Of a stretch of DNA of 64,000 nucleotides, positions 56,149 to 64,000 are shown one piece after another. Location: NCBI GenBank assembly GCA_965218285.1, contig OZ244616.1:1472133-1536132 (forward strand). Reading direction: 5' to 3'. Position 1 is the first letter of the stretch; each line of letters starts with the position of its first letter. The position numbers and the translations under genes are program-made. This DNA is from Candidatus Poribacteria bacterium (lineage in GTDB: Bacteria; Poribacteria; WGA-4E; WGA-3G). A model generated the notes under the pieces. That model worked only from the letters and a program-made list of their open reading frames with translations, was not told where the DNA came from and did not search any database.

Positions 56149-56626
56149 CTTGCGACTCCGAGTTCAGTTTGTGGTGAATAAAATTTACTATTTCTTCAGG
56201 AGGGTGTTTGCCAAATCTGACGTAAACGCCACGGAAGTTTTCAAGACGTGTCGGTTTAGAAAAGGGGCTTAATAGCACACCGTTTCTGTCAACATAATAA
56301 CTACGGAACGTTGACCAAGCGCGTTCCATCTTATGGCAACATGCTGTGACAACTAAACTTTCTATTCCGCAGTGGTAATGAAAAGGTATAAAATATTTGT
56401 AGAGTGGACCGATCAGAAGAATTGCTGATAACAAACTAACGAAAAACGACTTAAACCCAAAATAGATACCAACAAGAATAAGAGACAGAAACAGAAATAA
56501 CAGCACGGACCGCTTCCAACTTTCAGCAAGCGGATGCACACGCCACGAGATTACTCTGGCGCGAGTCTGTTCAGATACAAAATCCATAGAATCCGTATCT
56601 TCAACGGTCCGATGTTTTTCTAGCAC
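56102..56626 (-). CDS. Hypothetical membrane protein with two TM helices.
   Basis: LLFLFLSLILVGIYFGFKSFFVSLLSAILLIGPLY. Overlaps the uxaC-like gene by 47 bp, so the true start may be an internal Met. Confidence 0.35.
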   Translation of the reverse strand: MLEKHRTVEDTDSMDFVSEQTRARVISWRVHPLAESWKRSVLLFLFLSLILVGIYFGFKSFFVSLLSAILLIGPLYKYFIPFHYHCGIESLVVTACCHKMERAWSTFRSYYVDRNGVLLSPFSKPTRLENFRGVYVRFGKHPPEEIVNFIHHKLNSESQDESPTTESQSDNKNC

Positions 56627-56757
56627 GGGTTACTCTGTATCTTCTGTAGGTTCAATGGTGCCTTTTGAATCTTCATCAGGCGTTTCTGCTGGAGTTTCCT
56701 CACCGTTTTCTTCTTTGGTCATGATAGTGTCTTTTGGATCGTCTTCAGTCGTATCCT

Positions 56758-57093
56758 CTACTCCTCTACAACTTCCCCAGCGTTTTCTGTTTCAGCAGGT
56801 TCTTGAGCATTTTCGGTTTCTTGTTTGATAGGTGCAAGGGTACTAGTATCTGTTTCTCCATAAAAACGCATCAAGAAAAGTGAGATAACCATAAATCCGA
56901 TAGCTACCCAAGTGGTGAGTTTGCTTAGAAATGTTGCTGCACCGTGTCCACCAAGGACAGATTGTATCCCTGACCCCCCAAAAGCACTGGATGAAAGCCC
57001 TTCGCCTTTGCTATCCTGTAAAAGAATAATCAACGTCAGGAGAACACATACTGGGACGAAGAGAATGACCGCCATGATTACTACGATTCCCAT
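56758..57093 (-). CDS. secG: Preprotein translocase subunit SecG.
   Basis: LLQDSKGEGLSSSAFGGSGIQSVLGGHGAATFLSKLT matches the SecG Gly-rich loop between its two TM helices. A Glu-rich C-terminal tail is present. Confidence 0.8.
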   Translation of the reverse strand: MGIVVIMAVILFVPVCVLLTLIILLQDSKGEGLSSSAFGGSGIQSVLGGHGAATFLSKLTTWVAIGFMVISLFLMRFYGETDTSTLAPIKQETENAQEPAETENAGEVVEE

Positions 57094-57137
57094 GAAAAAA
57101 TCCTCTCTGTTTTTGCCTATAAGGCTGGAATAATAAA

Positions 57138-57904
57138 TTATAAAGCGCGTTTAACGATTTGTGCGAATGATTCAGCTGCAAGGCTTGCGCCTCCAACGAG
57201 AGCACCGTCTACGTCCGGTTGTGACATCAGTTCTGCTACATTCTCAGGTTTCACACTACCGCCGTATTGAATACATATCTGAGATGCGACTTCATCTGAA
57301 AACGCATTCTTTAGCAAATCTCTGATAAATTTGTGAACATCTTGTGCTTGATCGGGAGTAGCGGTTTTTCCTGTTCCGATTGCCCAGACCGGTTCATAAG
57401 CAATTATGCAAGACAACATTTCAGTGGCAGATAGTTCTGCAATGCCGCCAGTAACATGGTTTTCAATAACTGATTCTGTGCGACCTGCTTCCCGTTCTTC
57501 AAGCCTCTCACCAACACAGATGATCGGTTTCAAGTCGTGGGATAACGATGCTTTTACCTTTAGGTTGACGGTATCGTTTGTCTCTCCGAAGTATTGCCGA
57601 CGTTCTGAATGACCGATAATTACATAGTCGCAGCCTATATCTTTTAGCATTGGTGCAGAAACTTCACCTGTAAATGCACCACTATCCTCCCAATAAACAT
57701 CCTGTGCAGCGAGACAAATGTTACTGTCTTTTATGACTTTACTAACGGCATCAAGTGCTGTAAAGGTCGGTGCGACTACAATTCTAATGCCGCTGCATCC
57801 CGAAACTAAATCCTTTAACTCAGTTGTGAGCGTAACCGCCTCTGAAATTGTGTTATTAAGTTTCCAATTTCCTGCAATGATAGGTGTTTGCATAGTCCTT
57901 CCCA

Positions 57905-57905
<1 letters not shown>
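57138..57905 (-). CDS. tpiA: Triosephosphate isomerase.
   Basis: IIAGNWKLN, IIGHSERR, IAYEPVWAIGTGKTA, IQYGGSV: the complete TIM signature set. Confidence 0.9.
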
Positions 57906-58951
<1,046 letters not shown>

Positions 58952-59259
58952 TCAATGTTCAATGTATACATCTACAATCTCCCGTACCGATGATGAATTT
59001 ACAACACAAAAAATATTGGGAGATATAACAATTCTTTGGTCCCCGTAAGATGTGCTAAGAGATGAAAACTTATGAGATATGGTAACCAAATAATATCTTT
59101 TGAATTTCAGAATTACCCTGTTTTAAACATTAATCTTCTTAATTATACCTTAAAATACACCAAATTGCAACTATACCTGTGCTAAAGGCAGAGCCATTCA
59201 ATTTCCATTTTCGGTCTGGCTTTACCCGGATCCGGTAGATGTGGTTTCCTAACCGCACC

Positions 59260-59616
59260 ATAGGCGTCAATTTAGTGGTTTTCCGTGTCCGAGAAACCCT
59301 CTTTAGTCCCGTAGGGACGATATGTTTATAGCAACGAAAGCACCCACAACTCTTTAGCCCCAGCGGGGCGACAGGTGTATAGAAAAAGTGATACCCACAA
59401 CTCTTTAGCCCCAGCGAGGCGACAGGTATATAGAAAACGGTGTCCAACAGTCTCTTGAACCCCAGCGGGGTGACAGGTGTCTGACAACATGTGCCCATAT
59501 ACACCTTTCGCCCCGCTGGGGCTTGAGTTTGGTATGGATCGTGGTCTATACACATTCCGCCCCGCTGGGGCTAAGATATCCAAAATATAGGTTTATTTCC
59601 TTAAATTGACGCCTAT
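59260..59616 (-). mobile_element. MITE family B, full-length copy in inverse orientation relative to 49168-49524.
   Basis: Same 357 bp with a handful of point differences. Flanked by 20-22-bp direct repeats TGTGGTTTCCTAACCGCACC / GATGCGGTTTCCTAACCGCACC. The ORF-track ORFs 59139-59555 and 59326-59583 are artefacts. Confidence 0.8.
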
Positions 59617-59728
59617 GATGCGGTTTCCTAACCGCACCTTCCAGGCAGCAGGTTCTTAGCGCGTAACTCTTTTCTCAAATTGATACTGATGGGTTGAACA
59701 ACGGTTAACTTAGATAGTGAAGTGAGAA

Positions 59729-62700
59729 CTATTCGCCAAATTGGCTTACCTCAGCAAAAGCACCGACACGGCAGGATCGCTTATATGCACAATAGTTACA
59801 AGGTTCAGTTTTATCTTTAGGGACAACCGGAGTATCGCCTTCTTCTTCAGAATTCACAAATGTATCAACGCGCGTGATAAGGGGAAAGGTTCCTTCAGAT
59901 ATGCTTTCAACGTACTGGTCAACGTAACCTGAAACGCGAGTAAGAATTTCGTAAAACACTTCTTCATCTAATAATTGTCTACTGGTTGCACCACACTTTC
60001 CCCACTCTGAACCGTTGTATTTTTTATACCTAATTCCGTTTAAATCTTTCCTTCCAATACCGAGTTCAACTTCGCATTCTGCCAGTCTGATTTTATGAAA
60101 AAGTCCCGCTGTAAGTTCTAATCCAGTTTTTCCCTTTTCATCTAACAGTTTCTTTACGATTTGTAGGTAGATAGGGATTTGGAGTGCGCGCCCTTCAAGA
60201 ATATTTTGCTTTTTAGGTAATGTGCTTCCGGTTTTGTAGTCAACTACATTAAAATATCCTTCTCCGATGTCAATGCGGTCAATTTTGCCTTCCATTTGCA
60301 CGTTGCCGATAGGAATTTGATCAGGACAACTGAGTTCCGGGTCTCTTTGTCCAGGCGATCTGCCAAAACAGACTTCAAAGTAGCGTGGCATAACAGGCAG
60401 ATCGTAGGCGCGCTCCGCTTCAATCCATTTATGCAGTGCAGCCCGAAGTTTTTCTATTTCTATTTTCCAGAATAGATTGTTTTCGTCAATTTCGCTACGT
60501 TTGTCACGTTTTTCTTCAGATTTGGTAACTAAAATATCGTTTAATTGGTTTTTAGCTTTTGTGAAGGTATCATCACAACATTGTGTGATTGGTGGATCTT
60601 CGTTGTTCCGACGATTTTTGTAGAATTCGTAGAGAACTTCATGAATCAACGACCCTTTTTCAGGGCTAGAAGGTTCGTCCTCATCCTCATCCGCTTTCAC
60701 TTTGGGCATCAGTACTTTTGAAACAAAGTACTGGAACGGGCATTTAGCGTAAGTCTCTAATTCTGTCACTGAATAAGGTTTATCACGGAGTTTTTCCAAA
60801 TCAGACCGACCTTCAGGAGTGAGTTCATCTTTAACTAAAAATCCTTCATACGGAGAATGATTGTCTATTTGCTCGCGGCTCTTTTCAACTTCAACTGCAT
60901 GCTTTATCAGAGGGCGCATGCCCGCGATTTCTGCAGGAAATTCCTCTTCAGATGGATTCTCTGTTGTCCATACATGGTTGCCGTATACACTGAGGAATCC
61001 CGGGATGCTCCCTAATGAAGAATCCGTAACCTCTGTTGTCGTGATGTCGGCGATTGCCTTTAATTGTGTTAAGAACAGAGAAGGGATAAGTTCGGATACA
61101 CCTTCACGCTCAGGTGCAAGGAGATACAACTGTTTGCGAAAAGACTTGAGAACCCGATAGAATAGGAATCGGTTGTCGTGCAGTTGTTCATCTTCAGTAC
61201 GATACGGGGTTTCTGGAAGCAGCGGATCCGGACGATAATTCTGTGGGAATCCACCGTCTACAAAATCACCTAAAAAGACAGTATTAAACTCTAAACTACT
61301 AAGTTCACCGAGTGTCGCAATCTTGACAACTTCACCTTTTGTCAGCGCACTATTTTGATAGTGTGTGTGCTTTGTAATGTAGTGAAGTTTTTTAATATAA
61401 TAATTAAGTTGATGTGACTCATCCCCTTCCGACTTCAATACATCACAAAATTCTTTAACTATTCTAATAAATTGATGATAAGCGTTTATCTCGCCTTCAA
61501 CAATCTCCGGATTTTTCTTAAGCATTGAGTTTAGAATTCGTTGAAGAACTTCGCCAGTATTAAGTAAATTGTCAACATAGTCCTGAAATTCATTGGGTTG
61601 AAATGTGCGCGTGTGGGATGTAGGTTCAACATCAGAGAAATAGGAATCGCCTATAGATTCTCGGTTTGATGAAAGCCGGGAAAAGATCGCTTTGACCACC
61701 TCTGATTTCGTCAATGGGATGCTTTCTGAAAGTGAATAAGGGATATCAAAAGAGGAAAATGTTTCCGCAATGCGCTGTTGATATTGACTGAAGTTGTAAT
61801 AAGCAACACAAATATCCCCTAAGTTACACTTCCCAGTTGATACGCGTTGCTGGATTAGATGCGCAATCTGCTCTACCTCGTCGGATCGATCAGCAGGTCT
61901 CAAAAATGTAATCTCATCTGTTAGATCACTTTTGTGATCCGAAACAGCATTCGATCGGAACAGATTATCGGCAAAATGTTGGTGTCGGTTCGGATCGCGT
62001 TCATAATCTGAATCTATGTGAGCTTCCACATCTTTGAAATGTGAGACAAGTTCAATAATATTCTTATAGAGGTCCCCATTCTCCTCAACACAGTCAGTGC
62101 GGAACCACATCTCAATGTCAGACATTTCAGCAATACGTTTCAACAATTTAATGTCGGCTTTTGAAAGCACAGTGAAACCCTCAACAACAACCATGTCGAC
62201 ACTTGGAAATGCGTGCTTGAAGAACTCATCTTGGAAATTGTTTGCAAGGTAAAGGTGTTTTCCTTTCTCATCTATCCAGCCATTCTGAAGTTTCGCTTCA
62301 TATTCATTATAAATGTGAGCAAGGTCAGTCGTGGTATTATTATCTGTTACAAAACTCAGTTCGGTTTCACCTTGATCTCTTAGGTGATTTATCGTGTCAG
62401 TGATGAGGGAGAGTGTGCTATCGGGAACATCACTGTTTTCAATTGGGCGAAATGCGTTATATCGGTAGGTATCGGCTGAGTCCGGATCCGCTATTTCTTG
62501 GATCCATAGGCTTTGAAGTCCTGATGAAATGTGTTGTCTTGATGGACGAACTTGATTGTATAGTCTCTGCACGAAATTTTCAATGTCATACACCAGCAAA
62601 TTGGCAACTGCTCGGTTGGGGTGATAACTAATCAACTCGCGTTGGCGTTTCAAACGCGCTGCATCATTAGGCACAACAACAACAAAAGTTGCTGCCTCAT

Positions 62701-62743
62701 CATTCTGGATACGGGTTTTAAGGGTGGTTTCTATATCATGCAT
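59729..62743 (-). CDS. AddB/RexB-like PD-(D/E)xK nuclease-helicase-related protein (1004 aa) with a C-terminal Fe-S cysteine cluster. No addA partner is visible.
   Basis: C-terminal nuclease motif IDRIDIGEGYFNVVDYKTGS (D...DYK) and a Cys cluster C-x2-C-x5-C (CNYCAYKRSCR) as in AddB/Cas4-like nucleases. The N-terminal ATPase motifs look degenerate (FVVVVPNDAARLKRQ). Confidence 0.55.
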   Translation of the reverse strand: MHDIETTLKTRIQNDEAATFVVVVPNDAARLKRQRELISYHPNRAVANLLVYDIENFVQRLYNQVRPSRQHISSGLQSLWIQEIADPDSADTYRYNAFRPIENSDVPDSTLSLITDTINHLRDQGETELSFVTDNNTTTDLAHIYNEYEAKLQNGWIDEKGKHLYLANNFQDEFFKHAFPSVDMVVVEGFTVLSKADIKLLKRIAEMSDIEMWFRTDCVEENGDLYKNIIELVSHFKDVEAHIDSDYERDPNRHQHFADNLFRSNAVSDHKSDLTDEITFLRPADRSDEVEQIAHLIQQRVSTGKCNLGDICVAYYNFSQYQQRIAETFSSFDIPYSLSESIPLTKSEVVKAIFSRLSSNRESIGDSYFSDVEPTSHTRTFQPNEFQDYVDNLLNTGEVLQRILNSMLKKNPEIVEGEINAYHQFIRIVKEFCDVLKSEGDESHQLNYYIKKLHYITKHTHYQNSALTKGEVVKIATLGELSSLEFNTVFLGDFVDGGFPQNYRPDPLLPETPYRTEDEQLHDNRFLFYRVLKSFRKQLYLLAPEREGVSELIPSLFLTQLKAIADITTTEVTDSSLGSIPGFLSVYGNHVWTTENPSEEEFPAEIAGMRPLIKHAVEVEKSREQIDNHSPYEGFLVKDELTPEGRSDLEKLRDKPYSVTELETYAKCPFQYFVSKVLMPKVKADEDEDEPSSPEKGSLIHEVLYEFYKNRRNNEDPPITQCCDDTFTKAKNQLNDILVTKSEEKRDKRSEIDENNLFWKIEIEKLRAALHKWIEAERAYDLPVMPRYFEVCFGRSPGQRDPELSCPDQIPIGNVQMEGKIDRIDIGEGYFNVVDYKTGSTLPKKQNILEGRALQIPIYLQIVKKLLDEKGKTGLELTAGLFHKIRLAECEVELGIGRKDLNGIRYKKYNGSEWGKCGATSRQLLDEEVFYEILTRVSGYVDQYVESISEGTFPLITRVDTFVNSEEEGDTPVVPKDKTEPCNYCAYKRSCRVGAFAEVSQFGE

Positions 62744-62781
62744 TTTGAGAGTTTACGGCACGTGGGATATGCCTACTACTT

Positions 62782-64000
62782 TTACTTTACTTGTGTGCCA
62801 AGTGGGACTTCCATTTCTGGCGTTAGCAATACCACAGAATCACTACTCGCAGCGAGAATCATGCCGTGTGATTTAACATTGCGAATCGTAGCAGGTTCTA
62901 AGTTTACGACCAAAATCACCTGTTTTCCTATCAAGTCATCCGACTTATAGTGCTCTGCAATTCCTGCAACCACTTGCCGTTTCTCTGTGCCGAGGTCTAC
63001 TTGCATTTTGAATAAGCGGTCAGCACTTTCAATCGGATCAACTGCAATGACGCACCCAACCCGCAAATCCAGTTTTTGAAACTCGGCAAAGGAGATAAGA
63101 TCAGTCGTTTTATCTGCCGACTTCTGTTTGGGTTTAGTTGTTTTTGGCTCTGATTGTTTCTGCTTTTTGATGTCAACACGTGGGAAAATCGGTTCACCTC
63201 TACTAACTTTTTGATCCACAGGTAAACGTCCCCATGCCACAACGGTATCAAATTCCGTTAAACCGATCTGTTTCTGTATTTTCTCAGCAGTATCCGGAAT
63301 AAACGGAAAAAGCAGAACAGAGATGAATCGCAATGCTTCTAAACTATTGTAAAGGATAGTTCCCATTCTCGGTTTTGTCTCTGGCTTCGCAAGGGTCCAG
63401 ACTTCGGTCTGTTGCACATAGCGGTTAATCCGACGAACAAACTCCCAGATAGTCTCCAACGCGCTGTCAAATGCAAACACCTTCATATACGCCTCTACAT
63501 TATCAAGTGTCTCTTGCGCCATCGTCGCAATCTCGTCGTCAAATTCACCCGGGGTTGTCGGTGCTGGTATCCCATCAAAGTTTTTATTGACCAACCCGAG
63601 GACACGATTCAGCAGATTACCTAAATCGTTTGCAAGGTCTGCATTGTAGCGTTCATGCAAACGAGCAGGACGGTAGTCACCATCGTTCCCAAAGCTAAAC
63701 TCGCGCAGCAGATAATAACGGAACGCGTCCACACCATAAGTCGCAATGTCGGTATCCATATCAATGGAAATACCACGCGTTTTGCTCAACGCCTCGCCAT
63801 CCTTTGTCAGCCAACCGTGTCCGACGATCTGCTTCGGAAGTGGTAAGTTAGCAGACATTAACATCGCAGGCCAAAGCAACGCGTGAAAACGGGTGATGTC
63901 CTTCGCCATCATGTGTACATCAGCAGGCCAAAACGTTTGGTAACGCTCACTTTCGGTTTCATAACCAAGTGCTGTCATATAGTTACTCAAAGCCTCTATC
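62782..64000 (-). CDS. metG: Methionyl-tRNA synthetase, C-terminal two-thirds. The 5' end lies beyond the window.
   Basis: Anticodon-binding helical domain plus a C-terminal EMAP/Trbp111-like tRNA-binding domain (LDLRVGCVIAVDPIESADRLFKMQVDLGTEKRQVVAGIAEHY). A KMSKS-like ALSKTRG is present. The ORF continues upstream of the first Met to the window edge. Confidence 0.75.
   Translation of the reverse strand, partial: IEALSNYMTALGYETESERYQTFWPADVHMMAKDITRFHALLWPAMLMSANLPLPKQIVGHGWLTKDGEALSKTRGISIDMDTDIATYGVDAFRYYLLREFSFGNDGDYRPARLHERYNADLANDLGNLLNRVLGLVNKNFDGIPAPTTPGEFDDEIATMAQETLDNVEAYMKVFAFDSALETIWEFVRRINRYVQQTEVWTLAKPETKPRMGTILYNSLEALRFISVLLFPFIPDTAEKIQKQIGLTEFDTVVAWGRLPVDQKVSRGEPIFPRVDIKKQKQSEPKTTKPKQKSADKTTDLISFAEFQKLDLRVGCVIAVDPIESADRLFKMQVDLGTEKRQVVAGIAEHYKSDDLIGKQVILVVNLEPATIRNVKSHGMILAASSDSVVLLTPEMEVPLGTQVK

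Overview
This 64-kb window is most likely from an uncultured bacterium. The gene content is rich in sulfatases and sulfotransferases and in WD40, LRR and TPR repeat proteins, and several secreted proteins carry dockerin-like repeats fused to a T9SS/FlgD-like C-terminal sorting domain. That mix is reminiscent of sponge-associated candidate phyla such as Poribacteria, but the phylum guess has low confidence.

Gene content by region:
- 0.0-4.6 kb: an ECF sigma factor operon and repeat proteins.
- 5.2-8.4 kb: an MDR dehydrogenase, an Eis-like GNAT acetyltransferase and an orphan DNA methyltransferase.
- 11.9-15.3 kb: two large uncharacterised genes, one PrimPol/AEP-like and one with an N-terminal Cys4 cluster plus a C-terminal winged helix, bracketed by MITEs.
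- 19-28 kb: secreted enzymes and adhesin-like proteins, namely a sulfatase, an LRR protein and a CRTAC1/FG-GAP protein.
- 28-46 kb: a large polysaccharide biosynthesis locus with four PAPS-type sulfotransferases and two more formylglycine sulfatases, pointing to a sulfated exopolysaccharide or capsule.
- 49.7 kb: a SelW-like selenoprotein gene with an in-frame TGA.
- 50-52.6 kb: a lactonase / enoyl-CoA hydratase / cupin block.
- 52.8-54.8 kb: a small defence-like islet comprising a MazG-like gene and a BrnT-like toxin gene that overlaps a 456-aa TIR-domain protein.
- 54.9-64 kb: uxaC-like, secG, tpiA, gap, a large AddB-like nuclease and a partial metG.

Repeat content: the window is unusually rich in small non-autonomous repeats. 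I resolved at least five MITE-like families, including nested insertions and long palindromic target duplications, plus a REP-like GCCCCAGCGGGGC hairpin family. There is also a 447-bp ORF-less element with IS200/IS605-like ends and a perfect sigma70 promoter, present in two identical copies, one of which splits an SDR gene. Decayed TnpB and IS5-family transposase remnants are also present.

All calls rest on reading the sequence and on motif-level recognition. No database search was run.
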